A stretch of 64,000 bases of DNA, taken from Pirellulaceae bacterium (GTDB lineage: Bacteria; Planctomycetota; Planctomycetia; Pirellulales; Pirellulaceae). Where the stretch lies: positions 17,879-81,878 of the forward strand of contig CAWILC010000006.1 of NCBI GenBank assembly GCA_963836865.1, in the 5' to 3' direction. Positions 1 through 10,209 of this stretch are shown in pieces; the first letter of the stretch is position 1; the number at the start of each line of letters is the position of its first letter. The position numbers and the translations under genes were made by a program. The notes under the pieces are model-generated. The model was not told the origin of the DNA. It saw only the letters and a program-made list of their open reading frames with translations, and did no database searches.

Positions 1-981
1 CTGAATGACGCGTCGCTTTTGTGTCACGCTTGCACTCGGGTCCACGATCGGAGCCGGGGGCATGGGTGCCGATTCCATTTTCGGAGCCGGTGCGTAGGTC
101 GGAGCCGGAGCGTAGGTCGGAGCCGAGTAGGTCGCTCCGGTGCTGCCGCAACCGCACGACGACGCCATTTCGACGCCGCAAGCCGGTTCGCATCCGCCAC
201 AGCTCGAATCGCAGCCGCTGTCGCAGCCACAACCCGACTTGCAGCCAAGGTTGCCGAACAGCTTCTTCAGCAGTCCGCCCTTACCGATGCCGCAGCCCTT
301 GCCGCAACCGCAACCGCTGTCGCACGAAGCGACTTCGCAGCCGCAAGGTGACGACATTTCGCAGCCGCAAGCCGGTTCAGCGGCACAGCCGCAAGCCGGA
401 GCTTCGCAGCCCATGTCGCAACCGCTGTCGCATCCGCCGCAACCGTTCTTGCAGGAGAACAGCTTCTTCAGCAGTCCACCCTTGCCGATGCCACAGCCGC
501 AACCGCTGTCACAGCCGCCGCAAGCCGGTGCTTCGCAGCCGCAAGCCGGTTCGGCCGAGCAGCCGCAAGCCGGTTCAGCCGAGCAACCGCAAGCCGGTGC
601 TTCGCAGCCGCAAGCTGGTTCGGCCGAGCAACCGCAACCCTTGTTGCAGCCACCAAGTTTCGCCAGCAACTTGCCGTTGCCGATGCACGAGCCGTTGTCG
701 CAACCGCAAGCCGGAGCTTCGCAGCCACAAGCCGGTTCGGCCGAGCAACCACAGTCGGCAGCCGGGGCCGCACAACCGCAATCGGTCGTCGCTTCGCAGC
801 CACAGGCCGGTTCGGCTTCGCAGCCGCCACACGAAGGAACGTCGCACCCGGTGTCGCAGCAGCTGCTAGCAGCTCCGCCACACTTCAGTCCGAGCATACG
901 ATCCAGAAGGTCAAAACCAAAGCTCTGCGTACACAGGGTACAGCCTAGAACCATGGTGAAAGTCATGATTGTCCGCTTCAT
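1..981 (-). CDS. Secreted Cys/Gly-rich repeat protein (planctomycete CGCE/EPACG type), 3'-truncated by the window edge
   Basis: Manual minus-strand translation from ATG 981 (GGGAGA upstream): MKRTIMTFTMVLGCTLCTQSFG signal-like start, then many EPACGCE/APACGC repeats, two GKGGLLKKLF motifs and a Pro-rich tail. Open to base 1 and absent from the ORF track. Confidence 0.85.
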   Translation of the reverse strand, partial: MKRTIMTFTMVLGCTLCTQSFGFDLLDRMLGLKCGGAASSCCDTGCDVPSCGGCEAEPACGCEATTDCGCAAPAADCGCSAEPACGCEAPACGCDNGSCIGNGKLLAKLGGCNKGCGCSAEPACGCEAPACGCSAEPACGCSAEPACGCEAPACGGCDSGCGCGIGKGGLLKKLFSCKNGCGGCDSGCDMGCEAPACGCAAEPACGCEMSSPCGCEVASCDSGCGCGKGCGIGKGGLLKKLFGNLGCKSGCGCDSGCDSSCGGCEPACGVEMASSCGCGSTGATYSAPTYAPAPTYAPAPKMESAPMPPAPIVDPSASVTQKRRVIQ

Positions 982-1669
982 TGGAGCCACGTCTCCCTAT
1001 TCTCAAATTTTTGCGGGGTGTTGTTCGCTGCCGGTCCATCCATGAACACGACGAGTTTGCGATCGGTTGAACCTGACGGGGATTCAGGTGCGGTCGGCGG
1101 ACGAAGTCGCCGGCGACCGAACCCGAGGATTCCTTCAAGGATCACTAGCGAAGCAGGGTGCGGACACCCTGCCCGCCGACTTCGTTCAGATCCTCTTTTT
1201 CCGACAGGTCGTCTCTTTTCGCTTTGTTGCTGCGATGTCGGTCGATCGCTTTCCCAAGTCTCCGGCCGCAGGGGGCTGGTGGCAGGGGCGGACGATCCGT
1301 TGGTCTCGCGAGCGTTCGTTATGTCTGGGTCAGACGGTCGCAAGGTCCTGACATCCGATATCAGAACCTTTCCGAAGTCCCGTTTCGGCGGGCCTTCGCC
1401 GACTGTTGCCGCCGGGCCACAAGCCAAGCGTCCGAGTCGGTGAGTCAGTAACGGTATCGACCTGGTTTCGCTTTCTAATCAGTGTTCCAGGGGATTTTGG
1501 GATGGTTGGAAGACTTTGACGGCTGGGCAAAAACGTCGTTTTTTGCGACTCTTTCGCATTCCGACGGTCCCGCGCGTGGCGAATCCGTTGCAACCGGTAT
1601 AACATGGTTAGAATCGTCGCGATCGGCGTGCAGGACGCCGCCGCCAGCGGTTTGAAGCCCCCCCTTTCG

Positions 1670-2077
1670 ATGCCGACGTTTTTAGTGCCCCCCACCCGTG
1701 ACGACACGCCCGTGACGCCCCGCCCTGGCATCCTGCCTGCTGAACTGGTCGACCTGACCTCCTTGCCGCCCACCCCCTGCCCCTGCGGAATCGCACGCCG
1801 AGCGTTTGCTGACCGAGACGAGTTTCCCGGCACGCTTCACCTGACCGAGATCACTCGCCAAGCCCAGACCCATTACCACCGTTTTCACACCGAGGTTTAC
1901 GTCGTCCTGGAATGTGACCCCGATGCCGCCATCGAACTCGATGGCGTCGTCACCCCGGTTGCTCCCAAAACCGCGATCCTGATTCCGCCCGGCGTTCGCC
2001 ATCGTGCGATCGGCGAGATGACGGTGATGATCGTATGCACACCGAACTTTGATTCCGCCGACGAACATTTTGACTGA
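1670..2077 (+). CDS. Cupin domain protein
   Basis: HYH...EVYVVL...IPPGVRHRA cupin metal-binding motifs and a CPCG motif; start uncertain (1604/1670/1712). Confidence 0.8.
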   Translation: MPTFLVPPTRDDTPVTPRPGILPAELVDLTSLPPTPCPCGIARRAFADRDEFPGTLHLTEITRQAQTHYHRFHTEVYVVLECDPDAAIELDGVVTPVAPKTAILIPPGVRHRAIGEMTVMIVCTPNFDSADEHFD

Positions 2078-2087
2078 GCCGTTTGCC

Positions 2088-4332
2088 ATGAAAATTTGCG
2101 TTCCCGCCCAGCTTCGGTTGGCCGTCATGTTGCCCGTGCTTCTTATTGCGGTTGGTTCGTCGGTGCTTGCCGACTGGCCGTACTGGCGTGGGCCCAAATT
2201 CGATGGCACCGCCGACGCCAGCGGACTGCCCGACGACTGGGATCCCGACGGTGGCGATGGCAGCAACGTGATTTGGAAACGCGACGACATCGGCGGCCCC
2301 TGCACCCCGGTCGCGATGAACGGGCGTCTGTACACGATCCAGCGCGCGGACGCGGGCACGCCACGCGAGGCCGAACGAGTCGTCTGTTTGGATGCGACGA
2401 CGGGCGAAACGATTTGGGAGAACCGCTACAACGTCTGGCTGTCCGATGTCCCGGCCGAACGAATCGGTTGGTCCAGCGTCGTCGCCGATCCGGCCAGCGG
2501 CAACGTCTACGCCCTCGGGTCGTGCGACATCTTCCAGTGCATCAACGGCGAAACCGGTCAAACGGTCTGGTCGATCCCGCTGCACGAGCAATACGGAATG
2601 CTGTCCACGTACGGCGGGCGGACCAATTTTCCGGTGGTCCACGAAGACCTGGTCATCATCAGCGGCATCATCATCAACTGGGGCGAGAAAGCGAAACCGA
2701 ACCACCGTTTGATCGCGATGGATAAATTGACCGGCGAAGTCCGCTGGTTCACGGGCACCCGCGATCTGCCCTACGACACGACTTATTCCGCCCCCAGCAT
2801 CGTCACCATCGACGGCCAGCGGCAACTGATCGTCGGTGCCGGCGATGGAGCGATATGGGGATTCCAGCCGCGGACGGGCAAGCCGCTTTGGCACTATGAC
2901 CTGTCCCTGCGAGGCATCTTTGCGACGCCGCTGGTCGTGGGCGACCAAGTCTTTGCCAGCCACAGCGAAGAAAACGTCCGTCCCAACAACAATGTCATGG
3001 GCGCGGTCGTCTCGCTGAAGATCGCTGGCACCGGTGACGACACGACCGCCACGGAACTGTGGAAACAGTTCGAGGTCGTGTCGGGTTACAGCGAACCGGT
3101 CCTGATCGACGATCGGCTGTACCTGGTCGACGACCGCTGCAAAATGTGGATCTTCGACGCTGAAACGGGCGAGCCGATCGTGGAACGCAAGTCCTTCGTC
3201 GGCAGCCGCCAGCGGGCCGCGCTGCTGCACGCGGACGGCAAGATCTTTGTGCTGACCGAGAACGGTCGCTGGGCAACGGTCGAGCCGACCGAAGACGGGT
3301 TCGAGGTTCTGAACAAAGGCCGCGTCGACGACACGGGCTTTGCCGGATCGCCGATCGTTTCCGACGGACGGCTGTACTTTCCCAGCACGACGACGCTTGT
3401 ACTGCGTCGGCTTAGAAAGCGGTTCGCAACAAGACACGGCGATGGCCGATTCGATGGGCACCGAGACGCCGGTTTCGGAAAATCCCGATGTCGCCTGGGT
3501 CGCCCTGTCGCCAACCGAATCGCTAATCCAGCCGGGTCAGACGGTGACGCTGACGCCACGATTCTTCAACCGCCTCGGCCAATCGTTGCCCGATGCCAAC
3601 CCCGACGTGACGTTTTCGGTCGATGGACCTGGCAGCATCGAGGGCAACGTTTTCTCCGCCCCGTCCGACGTCGCCCACACCGGTGCGGTCATCACGGCCA
3701 CGGTCGGCGACGTGACTGGTGAAGCTCGCGTGCGAATCGTTCCGCCGTTGCCTTGGAAATTCACGTTCGACGACTTGAATGATCCGCCACTTTCTTGGGT
3801 CGGTGCTCGCTACCGACATATCATCAAACCGGTCGACGGATCACCCGCACTGACCAAGATCACGACCATCCCCAAGGGTGCTCGCAGCCGCGCGTGGATG
3901 GGTCCGAGCGACTTGGCCGAGTACACGATCGCGTCGGACGTTCGCGGCAAGCGGATGAGCGACCAACTGCCCGACATCGGCCTGACCGCTCACGGGTACG
4001 TGTTGGACTTGATGGGCGAGAGCCAGCAACTGCAAATCCGAACCTGGTCGGCGCAGCTTCGCATGGCCGAGACGATCGACTTTCCTTGGCAAGAAGACAC
4101 GTGGTATCGGATGAAGTTCCGCGCCGACATCGAAAGCGAATCGCCGGCGGCCGTCGCGGTCCTGCGTGGCAAAGTCTGGCCGCGTGACGAACCCGAGCCC
4201 GAGCAATGGACAATCACGGCTCGAGACGAATCGCCCAACCTGGCCGCCAGCCCCGGTCTGTACGGCAACGCCAAGGTCGCGGAGATCTACATGGACAACA
4301 TCGAAGTGACCGCGAACACGGACCAACCGTAA
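2088..4332 (+). CDS. PQQ-like (BamB-type) beta-propeller protein, apparent +1 frameshift near 3396
   Basis: Signal peptide, DWPYWRGP start and repeated CLDATTGETIW motifs. ORF 2049..3722 joins ORF 3340..4332 (PSTTT/LYCVG) if one base is removed. Confidence 0.85.
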
Positions 4333-4338
4333 GCAAAA

Positions 4339-4431
4339 CGTAGCTTCGCCAGGCCTGGCGGAGCATAGAAACAGATAACAAACAACGAACAGCTTTGCTG
4401 TTCGGCCCTGCCACGGCGTGTCAGGGCTACG
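4339..4431. repeat. GTAG-type REP-like composite palindromic repeat (family A)
   Basis: CGTAG...CTACG ends with internal hairpins; close copies at 6671 and 53204 and a half copy at 11957. Confidence 0.75.
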
Positions 4432-4462
4432 AAACAACCCCAACCTTCTTTTACTCCCCACC

Positions 4463-6636
4463 ATGTTCAAAAAAGAAATCTCGACTTGGGCCTTGCTGTT
4501 GTTCGCAACACTGCTGGGCAGCATCGCGACGGTCACCCTGCCCGGCTGCACCCCGCCGCCGATCGATGTCGACACGTCCACTGACGTGATCGACGACGTC
4601 GACAGCAACATGACCGACGGCGGTGGCGAAGCCGTCGACACGCCGATGACGCGACGACACTTCGTTGTCGTCACCAGCCGTTGCACCGGAGAGCGAAGGG
4701 GTAGAGAAGGCGGTCGTGCTGACCGCCGCCCCGGCATCCAGCGTCAAACCTGACGCGACCTCGCCCGAAGACATCATGAGCACCGGCGGCGACTGGCCGC
4801 AGTGGGGCGGATCGCGGCTTCGCAACAATACGCCTGGCGTCGAAGGATTGCCCGAATCGTGGAACATCGGCAAGTTCGATCGTCGCACCGGTGAGTGGGA
4901 CAAGACCAAGGCCGAGAACATTCGCTGGTACAGCAACCTGGGCAGCCAAACGTACGGCAACCCCGTCGTTGCCGACGGACACGTTTTTGTTGGCACGAAC
5001 AACGGTGCCGGTCACATCGAACGTTACCCGTCGGAAGTCGACCTGGGCTGCTTGTTGGCGTTCGACGAAAAAACCGGCGATTTTCTGTGGCAACACAGCA
5101 GCGAAAAGTTAATCACCGGCCGCGTCCACGACTGGCCCCTGCAAGGCATCTGCTGTGCACCATTGGTCGAAGGCAACCGGATGTGGTTCGTGACCAGTCG
5201 CGGTGAAGTTCGTTGCCTCGATACCGAAGGGTTTTACGATGACGAAGACGATGGACCGGTCAAAGACGAACTGGCCAACGTCGCCGAAATCATGAACGCC
5301 GGTCCCGGCGCGGCCGCGCATGCGGCGACGCTCAAAGCGATCGGAGCGGGCACCCTGTCCGACGAAGCGAAGAAGGCATTGGCCGATGCCGGCGAACCGC
5401 TCGAGGGCGATGCCAAAATCGAAGTCGTCAGCGAAGGAAAAGTCTGGAAGGCGACCGGCAATTTCGGCGGCGTCGATCGCACGATGATGGTCAAACAAAT
5501 CGGTCCGCGAATCCAGTTTCAAAAGATGCTGGGCACCAGCGATAAACGTGACGCCGACGTGATCTGGGTTTACGACATGATGGGTCCGGAAATGGGCGTC
5601 AGCCAGCACAACATGTGCGCGTGCAGCGTCACCAGCTACGGCGACCTGTTGTTCGTCAACACGTCCAACGGCTTGGACGAATCGCACATCAACTTGCCCG
5701 CCCCCGACGCACCCAGCTTCATCTGCATGGACAAGAACACCGGCGAGGTCGTCTGGACCGACTCGTCGCCGGGTCGAAATATTCTGCACGGTCAATGGTC
5801 CAGTCCCGCGGTTGCGGAACTCGGCGGCGTGCCGCAAGCCCTGTTCGCCGGCGGCGACGGCATCCTGTACAGCTTCTGCGCCGATCGCGGCACCGATGGC
5901 AAGCCGGAATTGCTGTGGAAATTCGACTGCAACCCCAAGACCACCGTTTGGAAACTTGGCGGCGAGGGCACTCGCAACAACATCATCGCCACGCCGGTCG
6001 CGTACGAGGGCAAAGTCTACATCGCGGTCGGCCAAGACCCCGAACACGGCGAAGGCGAAGGTCATCTGTGGTGCATCGATCCGACCAAGCGTGGTGACGT
6101 GTCGGCAACGCTGGCGATGAAATTGGAGGACGGCAAGCGGGTGCCGATCGAACATCGCCGTATCCAAGCCGTTGAACCGGAGAACGGCGAAGTCGAAGTC
6201 GACAACCCAAACTCGCGCCGTCGTTTGGCACTACAGCATGGACGACGCGAACGGCGACGGCGAAATCGACTTCGAAGAAGAAATGCATCGCTCGGTCGGC
6301 ACCTGCGCGATCAAGGACGACGTCTTGTACGTCGCCGACTTTAGCGGTCTGGTGCATTGCTTGGACGCCAAGGGCGACGGCAACGGCAAGCCGAAGTTGC
6401 ACTTCACCTACGACATGTTGGCCCAGTCTTGGGGCAGCCCGCTAATCACCGACGGACGCGTGTTCATCGGCGATGAAGACGGCGACGTGTCGATCTTTGA
6501 ATTCGGGGCGGAGAACAACGAGCCGATCGACGAGATCAACATGGGCAGCAGCGTCTACAGCACGCCGGTGGCCGCCAACAAGACGATCTACATCAGCACC
6601 AAAGACAAGCTGTTCGCGATCGGCGTGGCGGAGTAA
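4463..6636 (+). CDS. PQQ-like beta-propeller lipoprotein, apparent +1 frameshifts near 4651 and 6216
   Basis: Lipobox-like TLPGC, DWPQWGG, PQQ repeats and an EF-hand-like DANGDGEID; three ORFs (4418, 4665, 6172) join by single-base removals. Confidence 0.8.
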
Positions 6637-6670
6637 AACACAACGCAGCCCCGATCGCGCCGTGGCCCAT

Positions 6671-6825
6671 GTAGCCCCGACACGCCGTGGCGGGGCCGAA
6701 CAGCAAAGCTGTTCGCGAATGCAGTGCTCCGCCAGGGCCTGGCGGACCTACGACGAATGCAGTGCTCCGCCAGGGCCTGGCGGACCTACGACGAATGCAG
6801 TGCTCCGCCAGGGCCTGGCGGAGCT
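6671..6825. repeat. Family A REP-like element with a 38-bp unit tandemly repeated about 2.8 times
   Basis: CGAATGCAGTGCTCCGCCAGGGCCTGGCGGACCTACGA starts at 6716, 6754 and 6792, with no spacers. Confidence 0.9.
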
Positions 6826-6863
6826 CATTCGCCGACGTTCCTTCCTTTCAACCAACGATACGA

Positions 6864-7250
6864 ATGCCCAAAACGCTTTTGGACTGCGGCAATTGCGGTC
6901 CCGATTTCAACTCGATTCGCCAAATGGTGACCTCGAACTTTAGCGCCTCCGTCGTCCAATCGCACGGCACCGAGGACACGCTGGAGATCCTGCGCACCCG
7001 CGACATTGATTTGGTCACCGTCAACCGCAAGCTCGACCGCGACTACAGCGACGGCATGGAAGTCATCAAGGCGATCAAGGCCGATCCCGAGATCGCCGAC
7101 GTCCCCGTGATGTTGGTCACCAATTACGACGAACACCAAGACGCGGCGGTCAAAGAAGGATGCGTCCGTGGGTTCGGCAAGCTTGCCGTCGGCGACCCGG
7201 CCACGCAAGAACTGCTGCAGCCGTACTTGGGCGAGCGAAAGAAGAAGTGA
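6864..7250 (+). CDS. Single-domain response regulator (atypical receiver)
   Basis: CheY-like pattern DIDLVTVNRKL..DGMEVIKAIKADP..PVMLVT..GK; Asn at the usual phospho-Asp position. Confidence 0.8.
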   Translation: MPKTLLDCGNCGPDFNSIRQMVTSNFSASVVQSHGTEDTLEILRTRDIDLVTVNRKLDRDYSDGMEVIKAIKADPEIADVPVMLVTNYDEHQDAAVKEGCVRGFGKLAVGDPATQELLQPYLGERKKK

Positions 7251-7789
7251 ACTCAGGTTTATTGGGGTTTTCCGGCGGTTGGCTCTTGACGCTGTCCGTC
7301 ATCGTCGGATTGATCGCCGGTGGACTCTTCGGCGTCCAGCCTAGCGTCAATGGACACCTCAGCCGCCACCTGCAGCACCCGTTCCAGGCGTCGCTGATCT
7401 CGTTCGCCAGCGGTACCGTGATTTTGATCGTCATGGCGATCACCGCAGGCATCTTTCCGCCTCGGTTCATGACGTCGCCGGCATCGCTGCCGTGGTGGGC
7501 ATGGGGCGGCGGCTTGATCGGCGTCTTCATGGTGACCAGTTCGCTGATCCTGGTGCCGAAAGTCGGTTCGCTGCCGTGGTTCGCGGCAATCATGACCGGC
7601 CAAGTGATCGCGGCGGTGCTGCTGGATCACTTCGGGTGGCTCGGAAACGATCGCGTGGTCGCATCCCCGACACGTCTGGCCGGTGCGGCACTGCTGATCG
7701 CGGGACTGATGCTGATCGTATTCGCCAAAAGCCGTGAAAATTCTGCGGTCGATGCAACTTCGGCATCATCGACCAGCATCAATGAGTGA
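7247..7789 (+). CDS. DMT-family transporter (YdcZ/DUF606-like)
   Basis: QPSVNGHL, WWAWGGGLIG and GQVIAAVLLDHFGWLG motifs; GTG start overlaps the upstream stop. Confidence 0.85.
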   Translation: MNSGLLGFSGGWLLTLSVIVGLIAGGLFGVQPSVNGHLSRHLQHPFQASLISFASGTVILIVMAITAGIFPPRFMTSPASLPWWAWGGGLIGVFMVTSSLILVPKVGSLPWFAAIMTGQVIAAVLLDHFGWLGNDRVVASPTRLAGAALLIAGLMLIVFAKSRENSAVDATSASSTSINE

Positions 7790-7882
7790 TCGGCCCATAA
7801 CTTGCTTTGGCAGAATGATGAAGGGTTGGTCCGAGTCAATGGATCCGCCCGCCACATACACTCAAAGAAGGATACGGGCTCG

Positions 7883-8395
7883 ATGACTGATCAAAAACTG
7901 GAACACCAAGCTGGCATCGGTTCCACCGCTTGGACGATGCCGCTGTTGGCCGCCGCCGTGTTCATGTTGCCAGCGACGTTGTTCGCCGGCGAAGGAACGA
8001 TGACGGCCACCGACATCGTGAAGACGTTGTCTGGTCGATGGACGATCGACGAGGGCTACAACCAAGGCCGCGAACTGACCGACGCCGATTTGAAAGGCAA
8101 CATCGTGATGTTCGATAAGAATTACATCGTCACGTACGACAAAGACGAAAACGAAATGTACCGGGCTTCGTATACGATCAACACGTCGACCGACCCGATC
8201 CAAATTGACATGACGTCCAAGATGGAAGGGGCTCCACCGGCCATGGCGATGGGCATTTTGAAGATTGAAAAGGACGACGACGAAACCGAATGGACGCTAG
8301 CGTACGGATTGCCGGGATCCGAACGGCCCAAGACGTTCAAGTCGCCCAAGGGCAGCAAGGTCATGTGCTTCGAGATGGAACCGGCCGAGAAGTAG
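7883..8395 (+). CDS. TIGR03067-type planctomycete exported protein
   Basis: LSGRW...PIQIDM...GILKIE...RPKTFKS pattern after a signal peptide. Confidence 0.75.
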   Translation: MTDQKLEHQAGIGSTAWTMPLLAAAVFMLPATLFAGEGTMTATDIVKTLSGRWTIDEGYNQGRELTDADLKGNIVMFDKNYIVTYDKDENEMYRASYTINTSTDPIQIDMTSKMEGAPPAMAMGILKIEKDDDETEWTLAYGLPGSERPKTFKSPKGSKVMCFEMEPAEK

Positions 8396-8412
8396 GGGTT
8401 TTCTTCGTAACT

Positions 8413-8460
8413 CTGCGGCTCCGCCCGCAGGGTTGCCGGATCCTGCGGGCGGAGCCGCCG
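8413..8460. repeat. Short inverted repeat (family B, CTGCGGCTCCGCCCGCAGG)
   Basis: Two inverted arms; a similar element lies at 11492-11547 and a single arm at about 13712. Confidence 0.65.
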
Positions 8461-8546
8461 GTCTACGTTGCCATCTTGAGCCAAATTTTGCGGGCTTCTA
8501 TCTTACGGGTTCGTCCAACCGTCTCCGCCCGCCCGCATCGGCTCTT

Positions 8547-9026
8547 ATGAAATACTGCCAACTCGACAAAATCACGTCGCTGGTGCCCGGCGAGTCCATC
8601 ACCGCGACGCGGACGCTGCGGGCCGACGAAGAGTACTTGAAGGACCATTTTCCTCGCTTTCCCGTCATGCCCGGCGTCATGATGTTGGAGGCCCTCCACC
8701 AGGCCGCCGTGTGGCTGGTACGCACCGGGGACGGGTTTTCGTCGTCTTTGGTGCTGCTGCGGGAATGCCGCGGGGTCAAATTTGGCGACTTCCTGGCCCC
8801 CGGCGAGACGCTGACGATCAAGGCCGAGGCGATCAAGGACGACGGCACCAACGTGACCGTCAAGGCAACCGCGATGAAGGGCGACCGGGTCACGGTTTCC
8901 GCCCGGCTGGTGCTTGCCCGCTGCAAAAGCAACGATCCGGCTCGCCTGGAAACTGATGAAGACGTCCGAAAGCGCGCCGAAACGCAATTCCGCGAATTGT
9001 TCGGCGATGTTACCCTTTCGGTTTAA
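8547..9026 (+). CDS. fabZ: 3-hydroxyacyl-ACP dehydratase (FabZ family)
   Basis: Canonical DHFPRFPVMPGVMMLEAL motif. Confidence 0.85.
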   Translation: MKYCQLDKITSLVPGESITATRTLRADEEYLKDHFPRFPVMPGVMMLEALHQAAVWLVRTGDGFSSSLVLLRECRGVKFGDFLAPGETLTIKAEAIKDDGTNVTVKATAMKGDRVTVSARLVLARCKSNDPARLETDEDVRKRAETQFRELFGDVTLSV

Positions 9027-9134
9027 CGTTACCCTTTCGCTTCAATCGGCACCGACCGATCCGGTCACCTCGCAGCGTGATCCGACTTTACATCCCTCTC
9101 CTCCACCACGATATTTCCCGTTAAAGGACCACCG

Positions 9135-9524
9135 ATGGCACTGGCGCAAGAAGAGATTTTCGAGAAGGTTCAAGCCGCGCTCGTCGACGCATTGGGCGTC
9201 GATGATGACGAGGTCGTTCGCGAAGCCACCCTGGTCGGCGACTTGGGTGCCGAGTCGATCGACTTTTTGGACATCGTTTTCAAGCTCGAAAAGGCCTTCG
9301 ACATCACCATCCCCCGTGAAGAATTGTCGCCCGAAGACATTCTGACCAATAGCCAGTACGTCCAGGACGGCTCGGTCACGCCCGAAGGCATCGCCGAACT
9401 GAAACGTCGGATGAGCTGGGCGGACCTCAGCAAGTTTGAAAAGAACCCTCGCGTCCAAGACTTCGGCAATCTGTTGACCGTCGGCGACTTGTGCAATTAC
9501 GTCGGCAGCAAAGTCGGCGAGTAA
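9135..9524 (+). CDS. Acyl carrier protein, long form (129 aa)
   Basis: DLGAESIDFLDI phosphopantetheine site and LTVGDL C-terminus, with an internal insertion. Confidence 0.9.
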   Translation: MALAQEEIFEKVQAALVDALGVDDDEVVREATLVGDLGAESIDFLDIVFKLEKAFDITIPREELSPEDILTNSQYVQDGSVTPEGIAELKRRMSWADLSKFEKNPRVQDFGNLLTVGDLCNYVGSKVGE

Positions 9525-9526
9525 TC

Positions 9527-10033
9527 ATGCGTTGGTTTTGGGCCGATCGGTTTACCGAATTTGTCAGCGGATCGCACGCGCGTGGGATCAAGAATATCAC
9601 GCTGGCCGAAGAGGTCGTCGATAAATATTATCCCGGCTGCGCGATGTTGCCGCCGACATTGATCATCGAAGGCATGGCCCAGCTCGGCGGCATCCTGGTC
9701 GCGGAACATTTTAAGTTTGAAAAACGCGTGGTGCTGGCCAAAGTCGGACGAGCCGAATTTCATCAGCCCGCGCGAACCGGCGATCAGTTGACCTATCATG
9801 TCAAAGTCGATGGCGTCCAAGACCACGGTGCGACCGTGACCGGGACCAGCCACTGCGGCGACGTGTTGCAGGCCGAGATCGATTTGATGTTCGCATTCCT
9901 GGAACCGGGCCGATTCACCGACGGTCCGTTGTTCGCCCCGGGCGACCTGGAAGGCATGCTGCGGATGATGAATTTTTTCCACGTCGCCGTCGACGCCGAC
10001 GGCAATCCGGTCCCGATATACGACAACTTGTAA
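9527..10033 (+). CDS. FabZ-like hotdog-fold protein lacking the catalytic His
   Basis: MRWFWADRF start; KYYPGCAMLPPTLIIEGMAQ replaces HFPxxPxxPG. Confidence 0.75.
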   Translation: MRWFWADRFTEFVSGSHARGIKNITLAEEVVDKYYPGCAMLPPTLIIEGMAQLGGILVAEHFKFEKRVVLAKVGRAEFHQPARTGDQLTYHVKVDGVQDHGATVTGTSHCGDVLQAEIDLMFAFLEPGRFTDGPLFAPGDLEGMLRMMNFFHVAVDADGNPVPIYDNL

Positions 10034-10064
10034 CGAACGCTTCTAGCCTTCATCGCATCATTTT

Positions 10065-10175
10065 CATCACTCTCCCTCTGGGAGAGTCGGACGCGGTAGC
10101 GGCCGGAGAGGGTTTAGTCCGGATGCCCTCCCCGGCCGCTACCGCGTCCGACCCTCCCGCAACCGGGAGGGTAAT
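10065..10175. repeat. Long intergenic inverted repeat (family C)
   Basis: GTCGGACGCGGTAGCGGCCGG...CCGGCCGCTACCGCGTCCGAC; a related copy lies at 54535-54646. Confidence 0.75.
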
Positions 10176-10209
10176 TTTTTGAATCCTCCCTCACCCCATA
10201 GTTTTCCCC

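Noticed and set aside
140-1045. 301-aa Gln/Pro-rich plus-strand ORF and overlapping Arg-rich ORFs
   Set aside because: Antisense shadows of the Cys-rich minus-strand gene, which has an RBS and a signal-like N-terminus.
2088-6636. PQQ-like genes as true pseudogenes or as PQQ dehydrogenases
   Set aside because: Single +1 breaks with no other decay fit the window-wide artefact pattern; these look like BamB-type propeller repeats and I saw no quinoprotein catalytic signature.
6716-6822. Possible CRISPR array (38-bp period, palindromic)
   Set aside because: Units are directly adjacent with no unique spacers, match a dispersed REP-like family, and no cas genes are present.
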